A stretch of 64,000 nucleotides of DNA from Eubacteriales bacterium (lineage in GTDB: Bacteria > Bacillota > Clostridia > Oscillospirales > CAG-272). The translations under genes were made by a program, and so were the position numbers. A model generated the notes under the pieces. That model worked only from the letters and a program-made list of their open reading frames with translations. It was not told the DNA's origin and made no database searches. Positions 25,199 to 35,670 of this stretch are shown here, in pieces. Position 1 is the stretch's first letter, and each line of letters opens with the position of its first letter. The stretch lies in the NCBI GenBank assembly GCA_045543555.1, contig JAZQMQ010000016.1:146852-210851 (forward strand). Direction: 5' to 3'.

Positions 25199-26935
25199 AT
25201 GATCTCTCAACAGATAATCGAAGAAATAAAATACCGCAACGATATTGAGGAGGTCATAGGCTCGGTTGTCTCCCTTAAGCGTGCGGGAACAAATCTTAAC
25301 GGGCTTTGTCCGTTCCACAGCGAGAAAACTCCTTCATTTACAGTTTTCACGGGTACAAAATCATTCTATTGCTTCGGATGCGGAGCGGGCGGTGACGTCG
25401 TATCCTTCGTGATGAGAACGGACAATCTAACGTACGTTGACGCACTGCGAACACTTGCAAAGCGAGTTGGCATAGAGATACCCGAGGATGAGGGCGAGAA
25501 GCAGAGCGGAGTAAAACGAGAGCGCCTTGTTTTGATGAACCGTGATGCCGCAAGATTTTTTCACGAATCGCTTAAAAAGAGCCGAGAGGCTCAAGCGTAC
25601 GTTACAAAAAGAAGGCTCTCACCTTCACTTATAACCCATTTCGGAATAGGATATGCCCCAAACGATTTTGAAGCGCTTGCGAAGCACTTGCGGTCAAAGG
25701 GCTATACCCAAGAAGAAATGAAGGAAGGATTTCTTTGCTCAATAAGTAAGAAAAACGGAAAATCATATGACATTTTCCGCAATAGAATCATGTTTCCAAT
25801 AATAGACGTAAAGGGAGATATAATCGGCTTTGGAGGACGAACTATAGGAAATGATCCGAATGAGAGCAAATATATAAATACAAACGATACACCGGCTTTT
25901 AATAAAAGAAGAAATCTTTTCGCACTGAACTACGCAAAAAATTATTGCGCAGAGCAGATGATCCTTTGTGAAGGATATATGGACGTGATTAGCCTGCATG
26001 CTGCAGGTTTTACAAATGCAGTAGCATCCTGCGGAACTGCATTTACACCCGATCAGGCGAGACTTATGAAGCGATATACCAAGTCTGTGCTTATTTGCTT
26101 TGATGCGGATGAGGCGGGACAAAGAAATGCCGATAAGGTGTTTAAGCTGCTTTCGGAGGTCGGACTTGAAGCGAAGCTCCTGAAGGTTGAAAACGCAAAG
26201 GACCCGGACGAGTATATTCAAAAATTCGGGAAAGACGGCTTCTCGATGCTTATGAACAAAAGCAGAAGCCGGTTCGATTTCAAGTTTTCGGGCATACTAT
26301 CAAAATACGATCTTGAAAATCTTGATGACAGGATCAAGGCTGCAGACGAATTTGCAGAGCTTCTTTCGGGCACCTGGTCGGAGGTCGAACGCGACGTGCA
26401 TTCGCGGCAAATTGCCGATAAGCTGTCGATTTCTCTCGAAAGCTTCAAAAACGACGTAAAAAGAAAGATAAATAAACGCGCAAAGTCGGAAAAAAATGAA
26501 TTTAACCGAAACGTACTTCTTACGACCGAGGGATACGGCGACAGGATAAACCCCGACCGTATCAGAAATCAAGGCGCCGCAGGTGCGGAGGACGCAATAC
26601 TCGGAATTCTCGCCATATATCCGGAGCTTATTCCCGAGGCGATTTCCAAGCTTAATATTTCAGCCGACGATTTTGTTACAGAGTTTAACAAAAGAGTGTT
26701 TGAAAAAATGGCTGAGCTTGGATCGGGATTTGATCTTGGGCTTCTGGGAGAAACGTTTGAGCAGGAAGAGATATCAAGAATAGTTAAAAATTCGGTGTCA
26801 AGGCAATCGCTGACAGAAAATAATATTAAAGTGGTTAGTGACTGTCTGACTCGTTTAAGAAGCATAAAACAAAAAGATAATCTTTCACTTGAGGAACTGA
26901 TCGCAAGTAAGAGAATAAAAAACGAAGGGAAATAA
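25199..26935 (+). CDS. dnaG: DNA primase
   Basis: Zinc-finger CPFHSEKTPSFTV...FYCFGCGAGGD and TOPRIM motif EGYMDVISL...DADEAGQ. Confidence 0.95.
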   Translation: MISQQIIEEIKYRNDIEEVIGSVVSLKRAGTNLNGLCPFHSEKTPSFTVFTGTKSFYCFGCGAGGDVVSFVMRTDNLTYVDALRTLAKRVGIEIPEDEGEKQSGVKRERLVLMNRDAARFFHESLKKSREAQAYVTKRRLSPSLITHFGIGYAPNDFEALAKHLRSKGYTQEEMKEGFLCSISKKNGKSYDIFRNRIMFPIIDVKGDIIGFGGRTIGNDPNESKYINTNDTPAFNKRRNLFALNYAKNYCAEQMILCEGYMDVISLHAAGFTNAVASCGTAFTPDQARLMKRYTKSVLICFDADEAGQRNADKVFKLLSEVGLEAKLLKVENAKDPDEYIQKFGKDGFSMLMNKSRSRFDFKFSGILSKYDLENLDDRIKAADEFAELLSGTWSEVERDVHSRQIADKLSISLESFKNDVKRKINKRAKSEKNEFNRNVLLTTEGYGDRINPDRIRNQGAAGAEDAILGILAIYPELIPEAISKLNISADDFVTEFNKRVFEKMAELGSGFDLGLLGETFEQEEISRIVKNSVSRQSLTENNIKVVSDCLTRLRSIKQKDNLSLEELIASKRIKNEGK

Positions 26936-26956
26936 CCCATACGGGATGGAGGAAAT

Positions 26957-28084
26957 ATGAACAATAACAATAATAACAGCGTAGAATCAACAAGCGGTGA
27001 GAAAAAATTTGAAGTCCGCGATCTGATTGAAAAGGGTAAGGCCAAAGGATCTCTTTCCAGCTCTGAGATAATGGAGGCAATCGAGGACGTGGATTACGAC
27101 CTCGAACAGATCGAAAAGCTATATGAAACCCTTGAGAGTATGGGAATTGAGGTTACAGGATATCTCGACGCTCCCGAATTTCAGGCAATCGAAAACGACG
27201 TTGAGCGTTACGAAAGTGCCGAAGATATGGAAAAGATGCTCGCTCAGGAGGGACTTTCCATCGATGACCCCGTGCGTATGTATCTTAAGGAGATCGGTAT
27301 CGTGCCGCTTCTTGATTCCGAGCGCGAGCTTTATCTTGCCGAAAGAATGTCAGAGGGCGACAGAGCCGCAAAGGACGAGCTTGTAAGAGCTAACCTTCGT
27401 CTTGTCGTAAGTATTGCAAAGAGATACGTTGGAAAGGGAATGTTCTTCCTCGATCTCATTCAGGAGGGTAACCTCGGTCTTATGAAGGCGGTTGAAAAGT
27501 TCGACTACCGTAAGGGATATAAGTTCTCAACTTATGCAACTTGGTGGATAAGACAGGCTATAACCAGAGCTATTGCCGATCAGGCGAGAACAATACGTAT
27601 TCCCGTGCACATGGTTGAGACCATTCATAAGGTGTCGCGTATTCAAAGACAGCTTCTCCAAGAGCTTGGCCACGAAGCAAGCGCTGAAGAGGTTGCAGAG
27701 CACCTTGGTATGAGCGCGGAGAAGGTCAGGGAGATCATGAAGATATCGCAGGATCCGGTATCTCTTGAAATGCCCATAGGTGAAGAGGAAGATTCCCATC
27801 TTGGAGATTTCATCGAGGACGATTCCAACCCCGCACCCGCAGAGGCTGCTGCGCAGAGACTCTTGAGTGAACAGCTTAATGAGGTGCTTCACACCTTAAC
27901 TCCCCGTGAGGAGCAGGTCCTCAAGCTCCGTTTCGGCCTTGTTGACGGCAGAGCAAGGACTCTTGAGGAGGTTGGTAAGGCGTTCCATATAACAAGAGAG
28001 CGTATCAGACAGATAGAGGCAAAGGCACTCCGTAAGCTCCGTCACCCCAGCCGTTCCAAGAGACTTCGTGATTATCTCGATTGA
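26957..28084 (+). CDS. rpoD: RNA polymerase primary sigma factor
   Basis: Region 2 is [41 protein letters not shown], region 4 is [30 protein letters not shown]. Confidence 0.95.
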   Translation: MNNNNNNSVESTSGEKKFEVRDLIEKGKAKGSLSSSEIMEAIEDVDYDLEQIEKLYETLESMGIEVTGYLDAPEFQAIENDVERYESAEDMEKMLAQEGLSIDDPVRMYLKEIGIVPLLDSERELYLAERMSEGDRAAKDELVRANLRLVVSIAKRYVGKGMFFLDLIQEGNLGLMKAVEKFDYRKGYKFSTYATWWIRQAITRAIADQARTIRIPVHMVETIHKVSRIQRQLLQELGHEASAEEVAEHLGMSAEKVREIMKISQDPVSLEMPIGEEEDSHLGDFIEDDSNPAPAEAAAQRLLSEQLNEVLHTLTPREEQVLKLRFGLVDGRARTLEEVGKAFHITRERIRQIEAKALRKLRHPSRSKRLRDYLD

Positions 28085-28258
28085 TTGTGTTACATTGACA
28101 AAAAATCACGTTTATTTTAATGCATAATGCCGAAAACGATGGTGAATGTGCATAATATGTTAGCACCAAAGTTGTGCAATGTACACTATTCATCGCCAAA
28201 GCTTGCACAAACAAGGGCTTATGTATGAAAAATGCAGTTTTGTAATGATAAAATCACC

Positions 28259-28287
28259 TTGACAGAATCGCTAATTTGTAGTAAAAT
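28259..28287 (+). promoter_or_regulatory. Promoter of the large SBP-like lipoprotein gene
   Basis: TTGACA (28259-28264), 17-bp spacer, TAAAAT (28282-28287). Confidence 0.5.
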
Positions 28288-28343
28288 ATAAGTTGTAGTA
28301 TTATACATACGCGGAATTATCCGCTATCAGGAGGAACCCCATA

Positions 28344-30449
28344 ATGAAAAAAAGACTTTTAGGCTTAATTTTGGCTCTCACTTGCCTGCTTCTTCCCGTT
28401 CTTACCTCGTGTGCCAGTGGCGAGGATTACGTGGCAACCGCAAAGGTGAAGCCTATGACCATCACTCTCTACGGAATAACCGGAGAGAGCACCACCGAGA
28501 AAGCAATTCTTGAGGTTCAGGATTCTCTCAACATGTACACCGAGGGTAATCTCAGCACCAGAGTTCTTCTTCGTCTGTTCACTGAGGATGAGTACTATGA
28601 AAAGCTTGATGAAGCTATTGCAGCGGCTCAGGCTTATAAGGAAGCGCAGAAGAACAAGGACAAGGACAAGGTTACCACCGATAATAAAGACAAGGACAAC
28701 AAGGAAGAAGAGACCAAGCCCGATAGATTCGATGTTGTATTCGATGAAGAAAAGGGCACTCAGGTCGATATCTTCATGGTTCGCGGAGCTGATAAGCTTC
28801 AGGAATATGTGGGAAATAAGATCGCTACATCTGTAAAGGTGGCAGAGAAGAGCAGTATCATCGGAAAATACATATCCTCCAGATATCTCGCCCTTGCAAG
28901 TAAAGGTACTCCTACCAGCGGCGGCAACATGGATACCAAGGCAACCCTTTTCGGAATTCCCTGTAACTATGTTGTAGGTGATTACACTTATCTTCTTGTC
29001 AATAAGGAAATCGCGGATAATTATGGCTATGCGGCACAGGACGTTGATACTCTTGATGAGCTTGTAAACTTCCTCGACGACGCGGCAAAAGATTACAGCG
29101 ACTACACTACTCTCTACAATGCCCCTGAAATCAAAGTTGAAACTATCGGTACATCGCTTATCGGCGGAATCATTCCCTCCGATGCTAACGCATTTTCCGC
29201 TATCCAGCTCGGCAACCTCCTTGCTGACAGCGCTTTTGTAAACTTCCACAAGAATCTTAACCTCTTTAAGACTAAGGGCTATATCACCGAGGGTGATGCA
29301 TATTCGCTCCCTGAGGGTAAAAAGATTGCTGCTGCATTTGTTAAGGGTAACGCAGCACTCCCCGAGCAGTATAAGGATGAATATATCGTAGTTCCTTATG
29401 CAAAGCCTGTTGTTGAGGATCTCGGAACCGTATTCTGCGTAAGCACTCTCGCAGCAAATAGCGCACGTTGCCTTGAGGTTATCAGCGCATTAATGACTAA
29501 TCCCACCTACCGCAATACCCTTCAGTACGGTGTTGAAAACGTTCACTATAAGGTTAATGACTATACTCATGAGCTTGAGATCATAAGCGACGATTACAGC
29601 ATGAGCTACGGCGACACAGGTAATATGTTCATTCTTGAGCCCAATACCTCCATGAGCAAGGAAATGCTTGCACTTGCTGCAAATGATTGGGCACTTGCAA
29701 AGCAGCAGTACCGTGATGCGATAGTGAATCCCTTGACCACTCCTTTGATGAAGTTCGCGCTTAACTATTACGACGAGACCAACTACGTAAGCGGTGGATG
29801 GTATAAGGCTACATTCGACGCAAATATTGCAGAGCTTATTTCAAAAGAAATAGAAACTGACGAATTTGCTGAGAAGCTTGATGCTGCAATTGCCAAGGCA
29901 AAGGAAGCGGCTGAGGAAAAGGGCGGAAAGTTCGACGAAGTCAAATTTAGAGAAAAGTATGTAAAGGACTTTGAAAAGGATTTCAGTAAGCTTTATAAGG
30001 CAGTGCTTAACGGCAAGGTTGCCAATACTGTTGAATCTCTCCTCAAAGAACCTGCTTACAAGAATGCTATGAACGAAGCAATTGATGCAGCTAAGGCTGA
30101 GGCAACGGCAAACGGCACGGAATTTGACGAAGAGAAGTTTAAGGAGCAGTACAAGAAGGATCTTGAGGCTGATATAAAGAAGAATCACACATTCGAGTAT
30201 AAAATCGGCTATACTGCCGACCTTATGGAAGAGATCGCAGAGATCAATGAGGAATTCTTAAACAAGTTCATGGCATACGATGCTGAATCGGGTCTTACCT
30301 TCGAGGAGCATGCAGCGGCTGTTGCTGCAGAGTATGCAGAGAATAAGAGCGTTAAGGTAATGATCGACGCTACTTGCGCAGATTCCATAGTTGCTCAGTA
30401 CGTTGCATGGGCAACCGCTGCGGGTATAAAGATAGCTCCCGCTGCATAA
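28344..30449 (+). CDS. Large lipoprotein resembling an ABC-transporter extracellular solute-binding protein; orphan, with no adjacent permease genes
   Basis: Lipobox LTSC. The 701-aa body looks SBP-family-1-like (my recollection of the family, not a search) and carries K/D/E-rich low-complexity inserts. Confidence 0.7.
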   Translation: MKKRLLGLILALTCLLLPVLTSCASGEDYVATAKVKPMTITLYGITGESTTEKAILEVQDSLNMYTEGNLSTRVLLRLFTEDEYYEKLDEAIAAAQAYKEAQKNKDKDKVTTDNKDKDNKEEETKPDRFDVVFDEEKGTQVDIFMVRGADKLQEYVGNKIATSVKVAEKSSIIGKYISSRYLALASKGTPTSGGNMDTKATLFGIPCNYVVGDYTYLLVNKEIADNYGYAAQDVDTLDELVNFLDDAAKDYSDYTTLYNAPEIKVETIGTSLIGGIIPSDANAFSAIQLGNLLADSAFVNFHKNLNLFKTKGYITEGDAYSLPEGKKIAAAFVKGNAALPEQYKDEYIVVPYAKPVVEDLGTVFCVSTLAANSARCLEVISALMTNPTYRNTLQYGVENVHYKVNDYTHELEIISDDYSMSYGDTGNMFILEPNTSMSKEMLALAANDWALAKQQYRDAIVNPLTTPLMKFALNYYDETNYVSGGWYKATFDANIAELISKEIETDEFAEKLDAAIAKAKEAAEEKGGKFDEVKFREKYVKDFEKDFSKLYKAVLNGKVANTVESLLKEPAYKNAMNEAIDAAKAEATANGTEFDEEKFKEQYKKDLEADIKKNHTFEYKIGYTADLMEEIAEINEEFLNKFMAYDAESGLTFEEHAAAVAAEYAENKSVKVMIDATCADSIVAQYVAWATAAGIKIAPAA

Positions 30450-30466
30450 TCACATAATTAAACTTA

Positions 30467-30495
30467 TTGAGGCTGTTGCGGTGCAACAGCCTCAA
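30467..30495 (+). terminator. Strong hairpin after the SBP-like gene, without a T-tract
   Basis: 13-bp stem TTGAGGCTGTTGC / GCAACAGCCTCAA with a 3-nt loop. No U-run follows, so function as an intrinsic terminator is uncertain. Confidence 0.5.
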
Positions 30496-30518
30496 ATGAA
30501 TGATATGCGGAGATAAAA

Positions 30519-31358
30519 TTGATTATTGAAAATAAAACTTTTGATGCCGAGAGATCGCTGTATAATCTAAAGGATTCGACGGTAATTGGATGCCGTTTTG
30601 AAGGAGAAGCTGACGGTGAATCGGTGCTTAAGGAATGTCGTAATATTGAGGTTGACGGTTGCTTCTTTGGCTTGCGTTATCCGCTATGGCATGCCGACGG
30701 CTACGTGCTAAAAAATTCCCGGATGAACGATAAAACGAGAGCTCCTATTTGGTACAGCCAAAACGGTATAATCGACGGATGCGAGATCAACGGTATCAAG
30801 TGTTTACGGGAATGTGACGATACGCAGATTCTGAACAGCAAAATTATCTCCGAGGAATTCGGCTGGAGATGCCGAGGCATTTGTGCGGAAAACACGTTTA
30901 TTGAATCGCAATATCTGTTTTTTGAGGCTTCCGACGTTACGCTGAATAATTTTTCGATGAAGGGAAAATATAGTTTTCAGTACGTAAACGGACTTACGAT
31001 AAAAAATTCGACGCTTGATACAAAGGACGCCTTTTGGCACGCCAAAAACGTAAGGGTGGAGGACAGTACCGTTAAGGGCGAGTATCTGGGGTGGTTTTCC
31101 GAGGGGCTTACATTGGTAAACTGCCATATAATCGGGACACAGCCGCTTTGTTATTGCAAGGGACTCAGACTTATTGATTGTACAATGGATGAAACCGACC
31201 CTTCCTTTGAATATTCGGAGGTGAAGGCGGATATTATAGGTAATATCGTGTCCGTAAAAAATCCGGTGAGCGGATACATAAAGGCTGACAGCATTGGTGA
31301 AATAATTACAGACGATTCCATTATGGAAAGTAACTGCAGAATAATCTGCGGAAAATAA
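30519..31358 (+). CDS. DUF3737-family (beta-helix repeat) protein
   Basis: TTG start after GGAG. Repetitive pattern ...[40 protein letters not shown]... matches DUF3737 as I recall the family. Confidence 0.72.
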   Translation: MIIENKTFDAERSLYNLKDSTVIGCRFEGEADGESVLKECRNIEVDGCFFGLRYPLWHADGYVLKNSRMNDKTRAPIWYSQNGIIDGCEINGIKCLRECDDTQILNSKIISEEFGWRCRGICAENTFIESQYLFFEASDVTLNNFSMKGKYSFQYVNGLTIKNSTLDTKDAFWHAKNVRVEDSTVKGEYLGWFSEGLTLVNCHIIGTQPLCYCKGLRLIDCTMDETDPSFEYSEVKADIIGNIVSVKNPVSGYIKADSIGEIITDDSIMESNCRIICGK

Positions 31359-31380
31359 TAGTTGTGAAAGGTATATAATT

Positions 31381-31914
31381 ATGGAACTCAAAGGATCAAA
31401 GACAGAGAAAAATCTGCTCGCTGCATTTGCGGGCGAGAGTGAAGCGAGAAATAAATACACATACTTTGCATCTGTAGCAAAGAAGGCAGGCTACGAGCAG
31501 ATCGCGGAGATCTTCCAAAAGACCGCCGACAACGAGAAGGAGCACGCAAAGCTTTGGTTCAAGGCTCTCGGTGCTCTCGGTGATACCGCAGAAAACCTTA
31601 AGGCTGCAGCAGCGGGCGAGAATTACGAGTGGACCGATATGTACGCTACCTGCGCAAAGGAGGCCGAGGAGGAGGGCTTTACCGAGCTTGCCGCAAAGTT
31701 CAGAATGGTAGCTAAGATCGAAAAATCCCACGAGGAAAGATACCTTGCACTTCTTAATAACGTTGAAATGCAGAAGGTGTTTGAAAAGAGCGAGGAGATA
31801 ATGTGGGAATGCCGCAACTGCGGTCACCTCGTTATCGGTAAGAAGGCTCCTCAGGTCTGCCCCGTTTGCGCACATCCCCAGAGCTATTTTGAGGTCAGAA
31901 AAGAAAATTATTGA
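31381..31914 (+). CDS. rbr: Rubrerythrin
   Basis: Di-iron four-helix domain ([18 protein letters not shown]...EKEH...E..H) plus a C-terminal rubredoxin-like CRNCG...CPVC. Confidence 0.93.
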   Translation: MELKGSKTEKNLLAAFAGESEARNKYTYFASVAKKAGYEQIAEIFQKTADNEKEHAKLWFKALGALGDTAENLKAAAAGENYEWTDMYATCAKEAEEEGFTELAAKFRMVAKIEKSHEERYLALLNNVEMQKVFEKSEEIMWECRNCGHLVIGKKAPQVCPVCAHPQSYFEVRKENY

Positions 31915-31921
31915 TCTTATA

Positions 31922-31948
31922 AAAGAGGAGGGAACTCCTCTTTTTCTC
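31922..31948 (+). terminator. Rho-independent terminator of rbr
   Basis: Stem AAAGAGGAG / CTCCTCTTT with loop GGAA, then a T-run. Confidence 0.75.
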
Positions 31949-32006
31949 TTGCTTTTTTTCTCTTTATCGGTTATAATAGTCGGGTATGTCTTAAAAGGAG
32001 AGAAAA

Positions 32007-33410
32007 ATGTCATTTTTAAAAAGTCTGATAGGCGATAAGGCCTTTTACAAAAGAGCATTTTCACTTGCGATTCCCGTAATGGTGCAGATGGGTATCACAA
32101 ACTTTGTGAATCTGCTCGATAATATAATGGTTGGAAGAATCAGCACCGAGGCAATGTCGGGCGTTTCCATTGTAAACCAGTTTATTTTCATTTTCAATCT
32201 GCTTATTTTCGGTTCACTTGCGGGAGCGGGAATTTACACGGTTCAATTCCACGGAAACAATGACCGAAAGGGAATAAAATATTCCTTCAGGTTTAAGCTT
32301 TTGTCCTCACTCGTTTTTTCCATTATCGGAATATGCGTTTTTATATTGCTTGACGACGTGCTGATTAAGACTTTCCTGTTTGAGCAGAATTCTGAGGGTG
32401 ACCTCGAGCTGACGCTTAAGCTCGGTAAGGAATATTTAAGTATTATGCTCATAGGCCTTATACCGTATGCGCTCTCTCAGGTATATGCTTCTACTCTGAG
32501 GGAGACTGAACATTCGGTGCCTCCAATGGTATCGAGCGTTATTGCGGTCAGCACTAATTTTGTTCTTAATTATGTGCTAATATTCGGGAAATTAGGCTTT
32601 ACGGAACTTGGGGTAAAGGGCGCGGCTATTGCGACTGTTGTGTCGCGTTTTGTTGAACTTGGAATACTTGCGCTATGGGCACATTTGAACACTCATAAAT
32701 GCGAATTTATGCGTGGAGTGTATAAATCCGTACATATTCCGTATGAGCTTGTCAGAAGCATGATGCTCAAGGGATTGCCCCTTATGGCAAACGAATTTTT
32801 TTGGTCCACCTCCGTTACTCTTCGCAACCGTTGCTATGCGACAAGAGGTCTTGAGGCCGTAGCGGCACAGAACATAAGCTCGACCATAATGAACGTCATA
32901 AGCGTAATATATATGTCGTTTGGAACCGTAATTTCGATAATGGTCGGAGCACAGCTCGGCGCGGGAGAAATCGACGAAGCAAAGAAAACTAACAGAAAGC
33001 TTTTAACCTGTACCGCAGCGTGCGGTCTGTTGGTTGGCGCCTTCCTCATTGCGTTTTCCGGATTATTCCCTATGGTATATAAGACGTCTCAACACGTGCG
33101 TGAACTTGCGGGAAGTATGATGATCGTATCCGGTGTGCTGATGTCCTTTCAAGCATTTTCACATGCATCATACTTCAGTATTCGTTCGGGAGGGAACGTG
33201 TTTCTCACCTTTTTCCTTGACAGTGGATTTATGTGGATGTGCGTTATACCGGTAACCCTTATATTTACAGAATTTACTGATTTTAAATTGATTCCGCTTT
33301 ATATAATAGGCCAAGGATGTGAAGTGTTCAAGCTCATATTTGCGCTGATTATTTTCAAACGCGGTACATGGACAAACCGTCTCGTAGGTAACGGAGAAAC
33401 CGACAACTGA
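32007..33410 (+). CDS. MATE-family efflux transporter
   Basis: 467 aa, about 12 TM helices. The N-terminal pattern FYKRAFSLAIPVMVQMGITNFVNLLDNIMVGR is typical of MATE. Confidence 0.9.
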   Translation: MSFLKSLIGDKAFYKRAFSLAIPVMVQMGITNFVNLLDNIMVGRISTEAMSGVSIVNQFIFIFNLLIFGSLAGAGIYTVQFHGNNDRKGIKYSFRFKLLSSLVFSIIGICVFILLDDVLIKTFLFEQNSEGDLELTLKLGKEYLSIMLIGLIPYALSQVYASTLRETEHSVPPMVSSVIAVSTNFVLNYVLIFGKLGFTELGVKGAAIATVVSRFVELGILALWAHLNTHKCEFMRGVYKSVHIPYELVRSMMLKGLPLMANEFFWSTSVTLRNRCYATRGLEAVAAQNISSTIMNVISVIYMSFGTVISIMVGAQLGAGEIDEAKKTNRKLLTCTAACGLLVGAFLIAFSGLFPMVYKTSQHVRELAGSMMIVSGVLMSFQAFSHASYFSIRSGGNVFLTFFLDSGFMWMCVIPVTLIFTEFTDFKLIPLYIIGQGCEVFKLIFALIIFKRGTWTNRLVGNGETDN

Positions 33411-33413
33411 AAA

Positions 33414-33454
33414 GAGCATCCGTCTGCATAGTTGCAGACGGATGCTTTAATTTT
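33414..33454. terminator. Bidirectional terminator
   Basis: 14-bp stem AGCATCCGTCTGCA / TGCAGACGGATGCT, T-rich on both sides. Confidence 0.8.
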
Positions 33455-33803
33455 CATCGGTAAGATGAGAAATGAACTCCTTGGGGGAGACACCGAAACG
33501 TGTGCAAAGATTTTCACCGCGATGACCGCTGAAATCAATATAAAGATAACGGATATCTGTTCCGTCGATCATGCAAAATTATTCCTTTTCAAAACCGAAG
33601 ATCAGGGTGCCTTCGGAGACGGAGTACGAAACGCCGTCAAAGGAAAAAGTGCCCTCACCCTATTCCACAAGGATCATTCTCTTTGATGGCAGATCGTAGG
33701 TATCCATCATTGTATCTTTGTCGGTTTCAAAAATAAATCGGGAGATATTAAGCTCATTAAGAATATTTGATGACGGAAATTTGCAGATGTTTTGAGCTTT
33801 CAT
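33447..33803 (-). pseudogene. AraC-family regulator remnant: N-terminal cupin-like domain only, with two in-frame stops
   Basis: SD GGAGGGG plus ATG 33803. One frame reads MKAQNICKFPSS...KRMILVE-TAG(33660-62)-GEGTFSFDGVSYSVSEGTLIFGFEKE-TAA(33579-81)-FCMIDGTDIRYLYIDFSGHRGENLCTRFGVSPKEF...*. No HTH domain follows. Confidence 0.6.
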
Positions 33804-33964
33804 TGTAATCCCCTCCTTTTTACAAGTATAGCACAAGATTTATTTGAAAGCTAGAAAACCGAACTGTTTTTTATATTTATATAGAATATTTATATTCGAA
33901 TTATTCGTGTCTTATGATATTATAAAATAAAAAAGGTATTCATATTGAATATTATACTTTAATA

Positions 33965-34763
33965 ATGTTATCCGTCTGTATGTTTGGTGGCAGATTTGCA
34001 TTTCAGGACGTATATAGAAGAAAACGCGGAAGCTCCCTTAAGATAAGTATGGAATCGTCGGATGCTTGGCGGAATGGTGTTGCCGTTCTTTCAGGGGATT
34101 TTCCTCTATAGCGAGGGTGTGACCGTCGCAAAATGTGTTTGTGTGGTTCTTATATGCGCCGCACTTGCATTAACCGTTCAAAAGGGTGAAAAGAAACGGG
34201 GAACGGTGTTTTATATCGGTATTTTCGTTATGAACGGAATGTCCGGCGTTATTTCAAAAATATTCAGTTCAAGCAAGCTTCCGAAAACAAGCGCTGCGGG
34301 GTATTCTATATGGATCACGGTTTGCACGCTCGTCCTTTCGGGAATTATTTGGGTAATACTTGAGCTTCGGGACAGATATGTAGTGCAAGCTACAGCAAAA
34401 GAAGGTCCTGAGCCTTCGAAAAAGATACTTTGGCAGTTTTACGGCATAGGTGCGCTTCAGGGATCGATCAATAAGGTGGCAAACTTTTTGTTTGTCATAG
34501 CTTTTGTGCACGTTGACGCGTCGGTTCAGTACCCCATGGTAACGGGCGGCACAATAATCGTTTCAACTCTTATCTGCTTTTTCGGTGATAAAAAGCCCAG
34601 CAGTAAAGAGCTTATCAGTGTTGCCTTGGCTTTTGCGGCGATGCTTTCGTTGCTTCTTATTACCCGTGTGATCGGGATAATTTATACATTAAAGGAGAAA
34701 AAATATGGGAAAGATCAAATTTGGTGTAGTCGGACTGATAAGAGGAAGCGTGTTTGTAATTAA
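33965..34763 (+). pseudogene. DMT/EamA-like transporter, frameshifted and probably 5'-truncated
   Basis: The 233-aa ORF (34062-34763) is multi-TM. The upstream segment MLSVCMFGGRFAFQDVYRRKRGSSLKISMESS (from 33965, no SD) is in a different frame and switches near 34040-34062. The 3' tail reads through the SD and ATG of the next remnant. Confidence 0.5.
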
Positions 34764-34809
34764 AATAAAACTGACCTCGCCTAACTCTTTCGCGTTGTTA
34801 TACTCTTAA
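34705..34809 (+). pseudogene. Gfo/Idh/MocA-type oxidoreductase start, about 17 codons, followed by unrelated sequence
   Basis: AAAGGAG SD plus ATG, reading MGKIKFGVVGLIRGSVF (typical Rossmann N-terminus), then degenerating to a stop at 34807-34809. Confidence 0.4.
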
Positions 34810-34884
34810 TAAACACAAGGGAATTCTGCATAACCGTTCGTTGTGTTTTTTCACGTTGTCAGGTTCTCCCAAAATGCCCACTAA

Positions 34885-35019
34885 CTATGCACTTGAAATA
34901 TTCGCAATTTTTTCAACATCGCATTGAACAACTATTTTGGTGTTTGTGAGAGACGAACAAGCGGTCAGTAGCAATGCCAGTAGTATAACGAGCATAAAAG
35001 CTATTTTTGTAATTCTCAC
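34885..35019 (-). CDS. Possible small lipoprotein or lipoprotein-gene remnant
   Basis: GAGG SD plus GTG 35019, reading VRITKIAFMLVILLALLLTACSSLTNTKIVVQCDVEKIANISSA. Lipobox is LTAC. Only 44 aa. Confidence 0.3.
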   Translation of the reverse strand: MRITKIAFMLVILLALLLTACSSLTNTKIVVQCDVEKIANISSA

Positions 35020-35199
35020 AAAGTGACCTCTTTTTTGTGTAAATAATGTCGATTTTATACTTATTTTATCACATAACATTATGGATTGCAATCAAAATCA
35101 AAGTAATATCAGTAGATTGCCTAGGATCTTTCCTTTTTCTATTGAATAAAAGGCGTAAATGTGCTATAATTTTATAAAAGCAGATATCGGAGCGAAAAA

Positions 35200-35670
35200 A
35201 TGAAAATAATGTTTGTTTGTCACGGTAATATTTGCCGCTCACCGATGGCGGAATTTGTTCTTCGTGATATGCTGAAAAGGCGTGGACTCGACGGAGCGTT
35301 TACCGTTAGCTCCTCAGCAACCTCCTCCGAGGAGATATGGAACGGTGTCGGCAATCCCGTTTACCCGCCTGCAAGAGCGGAGCTGAAGCGTCACGGTATC
35401 GACTGCTCCGGCAAAAGAGCCGTTCAGCTTAAACGTGAGGACTACGAGAAATACGATCTTTTTATCGGAATGGACGGGGCAAATATCAGGAATATGCACC
35501 GCATATTCGGCGGAGACCCCGAAAACAAGGTGAAAAAGCTTCTAAATTACGTTGGTGAGGACTCCGACGTGGCTGACCCGTGGTATACGGGTGATTTTGA
35601 GACCACATATACCGACGTTGTGAGGGGCTGCGAGGCACTTCTTGATATACTGCTTAAGGGAGAAAGATAA
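35200..35670 (+). CDS. Low-molecular-weight protein-tyrosine phosphatase
   Basis: CX5R(S) P-loop FVCHGNICRSPMAE and a C-terminal DP motif (VADPWY). Confidence 0.9.
   Translation: MKIMFVCHGNICRSPMAEFVLRDMLKRRGLDGAFTVSSSATSSEEIWNGVGNPVYPPARAELKRHGIDCSGKRAVQLKREDYEKYDLFIGMDGANIRNMHRIFGGDPENKVKKLLNYVGEDSDVADPWYTGDFETTYTDVVRGCEALLDILLKGER

Noticed and set aside
28365-29249. The 294-aa minus-strand ORF inside the SBP-like lipoprotein gene. Similar long antisense ORFs are at 18671-19228, 24680-25318, 30804-31460, 31396-32064, 35993-36481, 36451-37101, 43761-44336, 46554-47147 and 54560-55195.
   Set aside because: Each lies fully within a sense-strand gene that has recognisable family motifs. They lack an SD, and their composition is typical of antisense frames.
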